Notes: generated by a model from the letters alone, not told the origin. DNA of 64,000 bases from Kofleriaceae bacterium (GCA_046597055.1 JBKJLC010000293.1:43974-107973), one strand, 5' to 3'. Shown: positions 15,502-26,374, numbered from the stretch's first letter. Numbers and translations are program-made.

Positions 15502-15555
15502 GTGATCCCGAGTCTAGCATCGGGGTCGCCTGCGCTCCGCCCGATGCGGACCCGC

Positions 15556-16476
15556 TCAGACGGGCGTGCACGCCGTCAGCGGGACGCAGCTGCCGGTCCA
15601 GCATCCGCCTTGCACCCCGGCGACGGTGCCGTCGGGGCAGACCGGTGGCGGCATCGCACACGCCGCGTCGCCGTAGCAGTCGCCCGGCTCGTCGCCGGGC
15701 ACGCAGGTCCCCTCGCAGATCGGCGTGGGCGGGCACTCGAACCCGGGCGCCGAGTCGCAGGGATAACAGCGTGGCTCGCAGTGCGCCTCCGGGCCGCAGT
15801 CGATCCCGGCGCACACGTCGCCCGGCGGCACGCAGCGGCCGTAGCACACCGGCGGACACGCCTCGCCGGGTTCGCAGCCGGGCGGCGGCAGGCACTCGGT
15901 CTCGCTGGTGCAGTCCCAACCGCTCGGACACTCGCTGTCCCCGTAGCAGCCGGGCACCGGCGTCTCCGACGCGCACTCGAAGAACCGCAGCGCGAGCGCC
16001 GGCGGCGTGAAGTACGCCAGCGGGCGGTAGTGCGCCTCGCAGTCGTTACGGCGCGAGCACGCGTGCGCGTCGAGCGCGCTGCACGCGACCCGCGAGTCGT
16101 CGGGGCCCGACGGCGCCAGGCCCCAGCACTCGTGGAAGTTCCATGGCGCCTCGCAGCGGGCATTCGGCGGGCACTCGGTGTAGGCGGCCCGGCACGCGAC
16201 GTCGGCGAGACAGCTCGCCTCGTCCAGGCCCTCGCAGGGTCCGGGACAGGTCGCCCAGTCGCGTGCCTCGGCCGGCTCGGGCGCGCCGACCCGGGGATCG
16301 TCGCAGCTGCTCCCGAACCCCTCGCAGACGCCGCTCTGCGGGTCGCGAAGCCCGAGCCGTGCGATCTCGGCACAGTCGTCATCATCATCGTCCTCGCCCC
16401 AGTACACCGTGCAGCCGGCGGGGAGCGCGAGCAGCGCGGCGAGCACGACGAGACCCGTAGCAAGACGCTGGATCAT
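15556..16476 (-). CDS. Cysteine-rich putative lipoprotein
   Basis: Lipobox LPAGC followed by many Cys-rich modules, as is common in myxobacteria. Confidence 0.65.
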   Translation of the reverse strand: MIQRLATGLVVLAALLALPAGCTVYWGEDDDDDDCAEIARLGLRDPQSGVCEGFGSSCDDPRVGAPEPAEARDWATCPGPCEGLDEASCLADVACRAAYTECPPNARCEAPWNFHECWGLAPSGPDDSRVACSALDAHACSRRNDCEAHYRPLAYFTPPALALRFFECASETPVPGCYGDSECPSGWDCTSETECLPPPGCEPGEACPPVCYGRCVPPGDVCAGIDCGPEAHCEPRCYPCDSAPGFECPPTPICEGTCVPGDEPGDCYGDAACAMPPPVCPDGTVAGVQGGCWTGSCVPLTACTPV

Positions 16477-16516
16477 GGACACGGCTCCTGTTAGGCGAGA
16501 CAAGGCTCCCGCTCTC

Positions 16517-16532
16517 AGCAAGGCCCACGCCA
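16517..16532 (-). promoter_or_regulatory. Putative sigma54 promoter
   Basis: Minus strand TGGCGTGGGCCTTGCT about 40 nt upstream of the Cys-rich lipoprotein ATG. Confidence 0.5.
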
Positions 16533-16658
16533 GCGCGGCGCGCGAAACAACTGCGCGATCTCATGGACGCCGCGGCGACCGCGACTCAGTTTTGTGAGGC
16601 TTGACCGCGGGTACCATCGCGGTTTACCCACGACGCGGGTCCGACCCGACCACCCCCC

Positions 16659-17390
<732 letters not shown>

Positions 17391-17437
17391 CCGAGCGGGG
17401 CCCCTGGGTGCCCCGCGACGCGTGCTAAAGACTGGCG

Positions 17438-19204
<1,767 letters not shown>

Positions 19205-19237
19205 TGCGCCGCGCGCGACCTCGGCTATAGTCGAGGC

Positions 19238-19456
19238 ATGCGCTTCGAGATCCGTTACTGCGTGATGTGAGGCTACCGGGCCGAGGCTGCCCGGGTGGCG
19301 GCCGCATTGCGGAAGGCGCTGGGCGCCGAGGTCACGCTGGCCTCGGGCGGTCGCGGTGAGTTCACGGTCTGGCGCGACGGCGTGAAGATCGTGGATACGT
19401 CGAAGACCGGCGAGTTCCCGACCGACGACGAGGTCGTGGCCGCGGCTCGCGCCTGA
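19238..19456 (+). CDS. Rdx family (SelW/SelT/SelH-like) selenoprotein, 72 aa, in-frame TGA read as Sec
   Basis: Manual translation MRFEIRYCVM-U-GYRAEAARVAAALRKALGAEVTLASGGRGEFTVWRDG...GEFPTDDEVVAAARA; CxxU with TGA at 19268-19270; GEF and FP motifs; GAGG upstream. Confidence 0.88.
19272..19299 (+). promoter_or_regulatory. Candidate bacterial SECIS hairpin
   Basis: GCTAC-CGGGC-CGAGGCT-GCCCG-G-GTGGC hairpin immediately 3' of the in-frame TGA. Confidence 0.55.
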
Positions 19457-19467
19457 CCCGCGCGAGG

Positions 19468-20679
19468 TCAGCGCGCGCTACCCGGCGTCAGCTCGAACAC
19501 CTCGACCGACGCTGCGCTGGCGGCCCGGTACATGCTCGGGTCGATCAGGTACAGCACCGCGTCGTCGTCGCCGTCGGGCGCGTGCGCGCCCAGCTCGTAC
19601 CGGACCTGATCGCTGCGGACCCACAGCGTGCGCAGCCCGGCCGGCACCTCGCTCAGGTCGGGGTCGCGCCATCGAACCAGGTCGGCGACGCACTTGGGGT
19701 GCCCGGTATGCCCGGCCACCTGGCGAACCCCGGCCGGCAGCGAGCGCGGGTGATACCGGCGGGGCCGGACCTGTTCCTGCTCCCACGACCGATCGGCGCC
19801 CGGTCGATCGGGATCCGCCGGCCGGTGATAGAGCAGGCCACCGCCCTCGGCGAGCCCGCCATCGCGGCCGATCGCGCCCGGCACATGGAGCGGCGCCAGC
19901 GACAGCGGCACCCAGTCGCCAGCGGTCCAGGACGGCCGCACCACCTCGACCGCGGCGTCGAGGTGCCGCTCGAGCGCGTCGGCGATCACCTCGGCCGACC
20001 GCGCTCCGTCGAGGCCGAGCAGCCCGAGCTCGCGCGCGGTCACGCCGGCGTGGGTGAGCAGCAGGCGGCGGTCGCCCAGCGCCGCGGTCGCGGCGAGGCG
20101 GAGCCGGCCGGCGAGGAGCAGCCCCCCGACCAGCTCCCGCTGGCCCTCGGTGTACGCCGAGAAGTCGCGGTGCACGACGCCCGGCGTCGGCAGCTCGGGA
20201 AACGCTGCGGTGTAGGCCGCGAGCCGGGCCGCATGTCCGGCCGGGTCATGGCTCTTGCGCGCGAGCACCTCGCCGGCCAGCTCGGCGCCCGCGGCGAACC
20301 GGGCATCGGTCGCGCCCGCCAGCTCCATCACCCGCGCCATGTCGTGGTTGCCGGCCAGGATCACGACCTGCTCGGGCGGATGTGCGGCCAGCCAGGTCAG
20401 CACCCGACGCCCGTCCACCTGCGCCTCGGCGGTGGTCCCCTGGGCGCGCGTGCCGTAGTCGAAGTGATCTCCGATGCTGATCAGCTGCACCTCGTCACGG
20501 AGCTGGCCGTCATCGTCGAGCAGCCGGTGATGGTCGAGCACCTCGAACACCCGCTGCGCGCTGGCCTGGGGGTCGCCGAGCGCCACGGTCCGGCCGATCG
20601 CGACCGGCGCGCGCGGCACGATGGCATCACCGTCGACCAGGCGGTCGGCCAGGGCGATCGCCCGCGCCACGCGATCCAT
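19468..20679 (-). CDS. Calcineurin-like metallophosphoesterase
   Basis: GDPQ, GDHFD, GNHD, THAG and GHT motifs. Confidence 0.75.
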   Translation of the reverse strand: MDRVARAIALADRLVDGDAIVPRAPVAIGRTVALGDPQASAQRVFEVLDHHRLLDDDGQLRDEVQLISIGDHFDYGTRAQGTTAEAQVDGRRVLTWLAAHPPEQVVILAGNHDMARVMELAGATDARFAAGAELAGEVLARKSHDPAGHAARLAAYTAAFPELPTPGVVHRDFSAYTEGQRELVGGLLLAGRLRLAATAALGDRRLLLTHAGVTARELGLLGLDGARSAEVIADALERHLDAAVEVVRPSWTAGDWVPLSLAPLHVPGAIGRDGGLAEGGGLLYHRPADPDRPGADRSWEQEQVRPRRYHPRSLPAGVRQVAGHTGHPKCVADLVRWRDPDLSEVPAGLRTLWVRSDQVRYELGAHAPDGDDDAVLYLIDPSMYRAASAASVEVFELTPGSAR

Positions 20680-20762
20680 CCCTTCAGTCTGGCATGGCGC
20701 CCGCTGCGGGACACCGCCCACCCCGGCTTACTTGCGCGGATCCCATCGAGTAACGTCGCTCG

Positions 20763-21818
20763 GTGCGCACCATCGCGATCCTGGTTGGCGTCGTCATCCT
20801 CCTCGCCGCCCTCAAGGCGGCCTCGGCGATCGTGGTCCCGCTCCTGCTCGCGACCATGATCGCGCTGGCCTTCCAGCCCATCTCCGAGCGCCTGGCCCGG
20901 CGCGGCGTGCCGCCGATCGTCGCGGCGATCCTCACCATCCTGTGCGTGCTCGGCGCGATCGCCGGGGTCGCGTTCCTGATCGGGCTCGCCGCGCGCGACT
21001 TCGCCGCCGACGCGCCGCGCTACGGCGCCGAGCTCGGCGCGATGCGCGATCAGCTCAAGGGATGGCTCTCGGCGCGAGGCATGGGCGCGATGGCCGGCGA
21101 CCTCGACTCGGCGGCGCCCCAGGTCGGCATCAGCGACCTCCTCAGCCAGGCCGCGTTCATGCTGTCGGGCGTGCTCGGCACCCTGTTCAACGTCCTGCTC
21201 CTCACGGCCTTTATGCAGGTCGAGGCCACCATGCTGCGCGACAAGCTCGAGCTCGTCCTGGCCGACTCCAAGTCATCGGAGCACGTCAGCAAGGCCATGG
21301 ACGAGACCCAGCGCTACTTCCGGGTCAAGGCGATGCTGTCGCTCGCCAACGGCGTGCTGCTCGGCACCTGGTGTGCGATCTGGGGCGTCTCGAACCCGGT
21401 CCTGTGGGGCGTGCTGGCGTTCGCCCTCAACTTCGTCCCTATCATCGGAAGCCTGCTCGCGGCGATTCCGCCGGTCGTGCTGGGCCTGGTCGAGCTCGGG
21501 TTGGGGGGCGCGCTCGGCGTCGCCGCCGGCTTTGCCGCGGTCAACGTCGTGGTCGACAACATGCTCGAGCCGCGCCTGATGGGCCGGGCCCTGGGCGTCT
21601 CGCCGCTGGTCCTGATGATCTCGCTCCTGGTCTGGGGCTTCGTGCTCGGCCCGGTCGGCGCGCTGCTGTCGGTGCCGCTGACGGTCGCGGTCCGGATCTT
21701 CTTCGACAATCACCCCCAGCTGCGCTGGGTCGGCCTCCTGATGGCGTCGAGCACCCGCGACTACAAGGACGTGATCCGGCAGGGGCGCACCCCGCACATG
21801 ATCCGCCCGCCCGAGTAG
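20763..21818 (+). CDS. AI-2E family transporter
   Basis: Multi-TM protein, LNFVPIIGS, EPRLMGRALGVSP. Confidence 0.88.
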   Translation: MRTIAILVGVVILLAALKAASAIVVPLLLATMIALAFQPISERLARRGVPPIVAAILTILCVLGAIAGVAFLIGLAARDFAADAPRYGAELGAMRDQLKGWLSARGMGAMAGDLDSAAPQVGISDLLSQAAFMLSGVLGTLFNVLLLTAFMQVEATMLRDKLELVLADSKSSEHVSKAMDETQRYFRVKAMLSLANGVLLGTWCAIWGVSNPVLWGVLAFALNFVPIIGSLLAAIPPVVLGLVELGLGGALGVAAGFAAVNVVVDNMLEPRLMGRALGVSPLVLMISLLVWGFVLGPVGALLSVPLTVAVRIFFDNHPQLRWVGLLMASSTRDYKDVIRQGRTPHMIRPPE

Positions 21819-21854
21819 CATCGCCGGCTTGCCCGGTCGTCGGCGGCATGGGAC

Positions 21855-22589
21855 ATGGGCAGCATGTCCTCGCTTCGCACGCTGACCTTCACGGTGAAGA
21901 CGGTGGCCGCGGCCTGCGGCGGCTCCACCGGTGCTCCCGCCGCCAGCCAGCCCGCCCCCGCGCACACGCCAGCCGACGTCGGCGACCACCGCCACCACCA
22001 CGGCGACGGCATGCCCCATCGGTTCGACGGCGCCGAGGCGTGGGCCAAGGTGTTCGATGATCCGGCGCGCGACGCCTGGCAGCAACCCGACCAGGTGGTC
22101 GGCCTGCTCGACCTGGCGCCGGGCATGGTGGTCGCCGACGTCGGCGCCGGCACCGGCTACTTCGTCGGTCGGCTGGCCGGCGCGGTCGGTCCCTCCGGCC
22201 AGGTGATCGCCACCGACGTCGAGGCCGACATGGTGCGCTACCTCGGCGAGCGCGGCGCCCGTGACGGCTGGACCAACGTGCGCGCGGTCCAGGTAGCCGG
22301 CGACGATCCCGGCCTCACCGCCGCCTCGGTCGACCGCATCCTGATCGTCGACGTCTGGCACCACCTCGGCGATCGGCCGCGCTACGCGGCCCGGCTGGCC
22401 GCCGCGCTGCGCCCGGGCGCGCGCCTGATGGTCGTCGACTTCACGCTCGACGCCGAGCGCGGGCCCCCCCGCGCCCTGCGGCTGGCGCCCGAGGCGATCA
22501 TCGCCGACCTCACCGCCGCCGGGCTCACCGCCGAGGTGGTGGCCGAGACGCTCCCCGATCAGTACGTCGTGGTCGCGCGCGCCCGCTGA
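21855..22589 (+). CDS. Class I SAM-dependent methyltransferase
   Basis: RDAWQQPD, ADVGAGTGYF; start uncertain. Confidence 0.8.
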   Translation: MGSMSSLRTLTFTVKTVAAACGGSTGAPAASQPAPAHTPADVGDHRHHHGDGMPHRFDGAEAWAKVFDDPARDAWQQPDQVVGLLDLAPGMVVADVGAGTGYFVGRLAGAVGPSGQVIATDVEADMVRYLGERGARDGWTNVRAVQVAGDDPGLTAASVDRILIVDVWHHLGDRPRYAARLAAALRPGARLMVVDFTLDAERGPPRALRLAPEAIIADLTAAGLTAEVVAETLPDQYVVVARAR

Positions 22590-22722
22590 CGCCGAACCGC
22601 GCCGAGTGCGGCGCCATGCGGCGGCGCGAGCGACCTGCGGTGAGGCTTCCACGCCTCGGGTTGTGATGGAGTGGAATGACCCCCACACATGGCTTGCCAG
22701 TAGCACCCCTACAGTCACTCCC

Positions 22723-23769
22723 ATGAAGCCCAGCGTGTTCGTCCTGATCGTGCTGGCGGCCGGCTGCGGCCGGGACGAGCTCCGGGTGTCCGGCTCCACG
22801 TACGCTTACACTCCCGGCGCGCCGGACTGGATCTCTCAGCGGACGCATCTCCTTGCACCGCGCGCTGCACATGGGCTGGTCGCACTACCCGGCCGCGCGT
22901 TCCTCGTGATCGGCGGCGACCGCGGCAAGCTCGACTCGTCGCCCACGGTCGAGCCCGCGCTCGACATCGAGCGCTGCGTGCTCGGCGAACCCGCGTGTGT
23001 CGTTGTCGGCCGGCTCGCGCGTCCGACCGAACAACCGACGGTCGCGCGCGCGCCCGACGGGACGATCGTGGTCGCCGATTGGCGCGGACTTCAGATCTTC
23101 GATCCCGCCACCGGGACGACCGCGGAGGTCCCGGTGGCGCCACACACGATCGTCGCGACGGCCGCTGGCGTCGTCCTGCTCGGGATCGAGGGTGCGCGGG
23201 ATCGGACCACGAACCTCCCCGGGCCGTACCAGTTCGGCCTGTTCCGCGGCCAGGCCACGGGTCTCGAGCCGCTCGCGGCCGCCCCCAACGCGGCGTGGGC
23301 AGGCGGGGTGGATGTGCTCGACGGAGATCGCATCGTCACGGCATCGCGCACGAGCTCGGCGCTGCTCGACGTCGCGACCGAGACGTGGACGGTGCTACCG
23401 AGCCTGCCGACGGAGACGTTCACGACGCACGTGGTGCAGGTCGGGGACGGCCTCGTGCTCGCGATTCCCGACGGCGCTCCGAAGGCGTATTTGCTCTCGG
23501 CGGCCACGCTGCGTTGGACGGCCGTCGCCGTGCCCACGACCACGGACCATGTGCAGCACGCGCTCACGGTCCCGGGCGGGGCCGTGGTGGTCACCAGTGA
23601 CGGCGTCGGCGGCGCGACCCGTACGTTCCGCGTCAGCGATGGGTCCTGGCTCGCGGGCCCGCCCCCGCCGCCGTGGTCGATCCTGAACGCCGCGGTCGTG
23701 CTCGACGACGGCACGGTGATCTCGGTGGGAGGGTGCGACTCCAACTTCATCGACGCGCGCGCGTCGTGA
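22723..23769 (+). CDS. Kelch/beta-propeller-like lipoprotein
   Basis: Lipobox LAAGC; LVIGG, ETWTVLP, VISVGG Kelch-like blades. Confidence 0.55.
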   Translation: MKPSVFVLIVLAAGCGRDELRVSGSTYAYTPGAPDWISQRTHLLAPRAAHGLVALPGRAFLVIGGDRGKLDSSPTVEPALDIERCVLGEPACVVVGRLARPTEQPTVARAPDGTIVVADWRGLQIFDPATGTTAEVPVAPHTIVATAAGVVLLGIEGARDRTTNLPGPYQFGLFRGQATGLEPLAAAPNAAWAGGVDVLDGDRIVTASRTSSALLDVATETWTVLPSLPTETFTTHVVQVGDGLVLAIPDGAPKAYLLSAATLRWTAVAVPTTTDHVQHALTVPGGAVVVTSDGVGGATRTFRVSDGSWLAGPPPPPWSILNAAVVLDDGTVISVGGCDSNFIDARAS

Positions 23770-23837
23770 CCTGCGCTGGTCGCCTGCACGTGACCGGTGG
23801 CGGTCGGCCGGGCGTCGGCGACCGCGGCGGTGATGCG

Positions 23838-23909
23838 TACCCACGAAGGGAATCGAACCCTCTCCATCGGTTTGAAAGGCCGAGGTCCTGACCACTGGAC
23901 GACGCGGGC
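23838..23909 (-). tRNA. tRNA-Glu(TTC)
   Basis: Cloverleaf GCCCGCG/CGTGGGT, loop CT-TTC-AA, T-loop TTCGATT; no encoded CCA. Confidence 0.85.
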
Positions 23910-23923
23910 GGTGACAGACGGGG

Positions 23924-23991
23924 TGCCTCTGGCAGGAATCGAACCTGCTCACCAGGTGTCGGAGACCCGGGTCGGATCCGTCCACAGAGGC
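23924..23991 (-). tRNA. tRNA-Arg(CCG), reduced D-arm
   Basis: GCCTCTG/CAGAGGC-A, loop CT-CCG-AC, T-loop TTCGATT. Confidence 0.7.
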
Positions 23992-24002
23992 GAGAAACGC
24001 GG

Positions 24003-24076
24003 AGCCCACCGACGGATTCGAACCGTCCTCTCTCCCGTACCAGGGGGGTGTGTCCGACCAGGATCACCAGATGGGC
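24003..24076 (-). tRNA. tRNA-Thr(GGT)
   Basis: GCCCATC/GGTGGGC-T, loop CT-GGT-AC. Confidence 0.8.
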
Positions 24077-24089
24077 GTGAGCGTTGCGG

Positions 24090-24162
24090 TCGGGATCGAG
24101 AGGATCGAACTCTCCCATTTCGCCGTGTGAGAGCGACCTCACCCCCAGGTGAGCTGATCCCG
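24090..24162 (-). tRNA. tRNA with Val(CAC) anticodon and Pro-like acceptor stem
   Basis: CGGGATC/GATCCCG-A, loop CT-CAC-AC. Confidence 0.75.
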
Positions 24163-24169
24163 ATTTCAA

Positions 24170-24243
24170 TGGAGCACTCGCCCGGATTTGCACCGGGATG
24201 ACACGGTTTGCAGCCATGCGCCTGACTCTTCGGCCACGAGTGC
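24170..24243 (-). tRNA. tRNA-Cys(GCA)
   Basis: GCACTCG/CGAGTGC-U73-CCA, loop CT-GCA-AA, T-loop TGCAAAT. Confidence 0.88.
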
Positions 24244-24247
24244 GTGG

Positions 24248-24321
24248 TGGTGGACCCGGGGGGATTCGAACCCCCGTCTCTGCTGTGCGAGAGCAGGATC
24301 TTGCCGCTGGACGACAGGCCC
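24248..24321 (-). tRNA. tRNA-Ala(CGC)
   Basis: G3:U70, loop CT-CGC-AC, encoded CCA. Confidence 0.9.
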
Positions 24322-24335
24322 GGAAGGAACACGAG

Positions 24336-24408
24336 CGGCCCTGACGGGAATCGAACCCGCCTGGATCTCATAGACAGTGAGAGAACGTCACCAGACGTAT
24401 CCAGGGCC
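24336..24408 (-). tRNA. tRNA-Asp(GTC)
   Basis: GGCCCTG/CAGGGCC-G73, loop CT-GTC-TA, unusual long D-stem ACGTC/GACGT. Confidence 0.8.
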
Positions 24409-24430
24409 GTGAACGAGAGACGAATGATGT

Positions 24431-24504
24431 TGGTGGAGTCGGACGGATTCGCACCGTCGTCACTGACATGCCGAGCCAGTGTTCTGCTGTTGAACTACGA
24501 CCCC
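24431..24504 (-). tRNA. tRNA-Ala(GGC)
   Basis: G3:U70, loop TC-GGC-AT (C33), T-loop TGCGAAT, encoded CCA. Confidence 0.85.
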
Positions 24505-24508
24505 GGGG

Positions 24509-24581
24509 TCCCGTCGATGGGAATCGAACCCACCTGGTACTGGGAGACAGCCAGCTGACGTCACCAGACGTCTCCGACGAG
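24509..24581 (-). tRNA. tRNA with Asp(GTC) anticodon and atypical C1:G72/A73 acceptor
   Basis: CTCGTCG/CGACGGG-A, D-arm GACGTC-TGGT-GACGTC, loop CT-GTC-TC. Confidence 0.7.
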
Positions 24582-24591
24582 CAGACAGACG

Positions 24592-24662
24592 TGGAGCTGG
24601 AGGGAATCGCACCCCCGTCGCTGGCATGTCGGACCAGCATTCTGCTGTTGAACTACAGCTCC
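24592..24662 (-). tRNA. tRNA-Val(GAC)
   Basis: GGAGCTG/CAGCTCC-A, loop CC-GAC-AT (C33), T-loop TGCGATT. Confidence 0.8.
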
Positions 24663-24666
24663 TCAG

Positions 24667-24738
24667 TCGGAATGACAGGACTTGCACCTGCAGCCTCACC
24701 GTCCCGAACGGCGCGTTCTTCTATTGAACTACATCCCG
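24667..24738 (-). tRNA. tRNA-Pro(CGG)
   Basis: C1:G72, A73, loop TT-CGG-GA, T-loop TGCAAGT. Confidence 0.88.
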
Positions 24739-24841
24739 AGGCGGACGAGGGCCCGACCCGGGGGGGCCGGTCGGACAGGTCCTCGTCCTGTGGAAACATG
24801 AGAGCTCGGCCGCAGGCGCCGCCTGACGCGAACGTAGTGAG

Positions 24842-24927
24842 CGGAAGGAAAGGGAATCGAACCCTCGACACATGGATCCTGTGCGCGCGATTAGCAGTCG
24901 CGGTCCTCGACCAGCCGGACTCCTTCC
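24842..24927 (-). tRNA. tRNA-Ser(GCT)
   Basis: GGAAGGA/TCCTTCC-G73, loop CT-GCT-AA, long variable arm. Confidence 0.85.
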
Positions 24928-24999
24928 CGAACCGACCCACGACGGACGCTGACTGTCGACCGAGATCGGCAGCCGGGCTCCGGGGTGGGTATCGGTTTG

Positions 25000-25091
25000 C
25001 GGAGGGAGAGGGAGTCGAACCCCCAAGGCATCTCGAAGATGCTCGCGCGGCTTTCGAAACCGGCACCGTCGCCACATCGGCTTGCCCCTCC
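25000..25091 (-). tRNA. tRNA-Ser(CGA)
   Basis: GGAGGGG/TCCCTCC-G73, loop TT-CGA-AA, long variable arm. Confidence 0.85.
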
Positions 25092-25205
25092 AGATCGATG
25101 CCTCACGCGCCACCCTGCTGGCGCCACGACCGGGGCCATCACTCCCTGGTCGCGGCGCTCCGCCGCCGCCGCCCACCCGCCGCCACGTGTGTCAACGCGA
25201 GAGAG

Positions 25206-25754
25206 TCACGAGGCCAGCTCCCCGTCGCTCTCGATCTCGCCGGTCCAGTACAAGTAGTCACGCCACGCGTCAGGCATCGACCGCGTGCTGACCCTGATCG
25301 TCACCGCCGGCACCCAGGTCGGGCGCGCCGGCTCCATCCGCAGCTTCATCCCGGCCTCGGCCGGCGTCCGGTTGCCCTTCGATCCGTTGCACGGATAGCA
25401 GCAGGTCACGATGTTCTCCCAGGTGGTCTTGCCGCCGCGGGCACGGGGAACCACGTGGTCGTAGGTCAGCTCCGCCAGCGTGCACTTGGTCGCGCAGTAC
25501 TGGCACTTGTAGCCGTCACGCGCGTAGATGTTCACGCGCGAGAACTTGACGGGCTTGCGGTATCGCCGGAACGCACGGATCAACCGCACGACCGCCGGCA
25601 CCTTGATGATGAGCGTCACCGCTCGGATCTCGGCGTCGTACTCCTCGACCACCTCCACCTTGCCGAGGGTCAGGAGGGTGATCGCCCGCTGCCACGGGAT
25701 GACCTTGATGGGCTCGTACCCCTGCGACAGGAGCAGCGTCGTCGCGTGACTCAT
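25206..25754 (-). CDS. HNH endonuclease (McrA-like) embedded in the tRNA array
   Basis: RDGYKCQYC, TYDHVVPRARGG, WENIVTCCYPCNGSKG; AGGA upstream. Confidence 0.92.
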   Translation of the reverse strand: MSHATTLLLSQGYEPIKVIPWQRAITLLTLGKVEVVEEYDAEIRAVTLIIKVPAVVRLIRAFRRYRKPVKFSRVNIYARDGYKCQYCATKCTLAELTYDHVVPRARGGKTTWENIVTCCYPCNGSKGNRTPAEAGMKLRMEPARPTWVPAVTIRVSTRSMPDAWRDYLYWTGEIESDGELAS

Positions 25755-25816
25755 GACGGTCCGTGTTCCTTTCCCCGGTCACTGTCTTTCAGGCGCGCCC
25801 CGGTGCCAGCGCGCCA

Positions 25817-25838
25817 TCGGCCCACGACGTGTGGGCAA
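25817..25838 (-). promoter_or_regulatory. Putative Ro-binding bulged-C hairpin in the HNH leader
   Basis: TTGCCCAC-ACGTC-GTGGGC-C-GA, the same motif as in the Y-like RNAs. Confidence 0.5.
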
Positions 25839-25851
25839 AAACTGCGTGTCG

Positions 25852-25926
25852 TGCCCTCCGTCGGATTCGAACCGACACTGCCCAGATTCTGAGACTGGTG
25901 ACTCCTTCCAGTTGGTCTAGGAGGGC
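25852..25926 (-). tRNA. tRNA-Leu(CAG), short variable loop
   Basis: GCCCTCC/GGAGGGC-A, loop CT-CAG-AA, 5-nt variable region. Confidence 0.82.
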
Positions 25927-25927
25927 G

Positions 25928-26004
25928 TGGAGTGATCGACGGGACTCGCACCCGCTAGGACGAGGTTCACGGCCTCGCGCCTGGACGACTTTGGCTTCGA
26001 TCAC
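25928..26004 (-). tRNA. tRNA-His(GTG), lacking G-1:C73
   Basis: GTGATCG/CGATCAC-U73-CCA, loop CC-GTG-AA (C33), T-loop TGCGAGT. Confidence 0.78.
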
Positions 26005-26006
26005 GG

Positions 26007-26077
26007 TCCGCCCGGGAGGAATCGCACCTCCGTCGTCCGGTTATCGGCCGGGTGCTCTGCTGTTGAGCTACGGGTGG
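26007..26077 (-). tRNA. tRNA-Ile(GAT)
   Basis: CCACCCG/CGGGCGG-A, loop CC-GAT-AA (C33), T-loop TGCGATT. Confidence 0.75.
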
Positions 26078-26084
26078 GAAAGAC

Positions 26085-26212
26085 TGGGGTGGGTGGCCTG
26101 GATTCGAACCTGGCATCTGCGGCTCCCTGAGAACCCTCTTCTGACGGCCCGGTGACGGGCAAGCTGACGAGGAGGGGCCATAACCGCCGTCCTGCCACTG
26201 GACGACACCCAC
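26085..26212 (-). ncRNA. tRNA-Y RNA chimera 1 (permuted Ro-binding module in the anticodon loop)
   Basis: Acceptor GTGGGTG/CACCCAC-C-CCA, D and T arms intact, ~55-nt insert containing CTTGCCCG-TCAC-CGGGCCGT...GGGTTCTC. Confidence 0.75.
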
Positions 26213-26226
26213 GTACGAAGTAGCAG

Positions 26227-26353
26227 TGCAGGCAGCTGGACTCGAACCAGCGTCACACGCGTTAACACGATAACCATCCAGCGTCGGCCCGCGACCGGGC
26301 GAGGTGAGTACAGGACGGATCCACGTTGCGCTACCGGGCTGAGCTACACCTGC
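26227..26353 (-). ncRNA. tRNA-Y RNA chimera 2
   Basis: GCAGGTG/TGCCTGC-A; insert CCGTCC...CTCGCCCG-GTCG-CGGGCCGA...GGATGGTTATCG. Confidence 0.8.
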
Positions 26354-26374
26354 GAAGAAACACAACACGAGTCG

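Noticed and set aside
24743..24788. Hairpin as another Ro-binding site
   Set aside because: Has GTCCG/CGGGC-C but lacks the following GA and the GGTTATC motif
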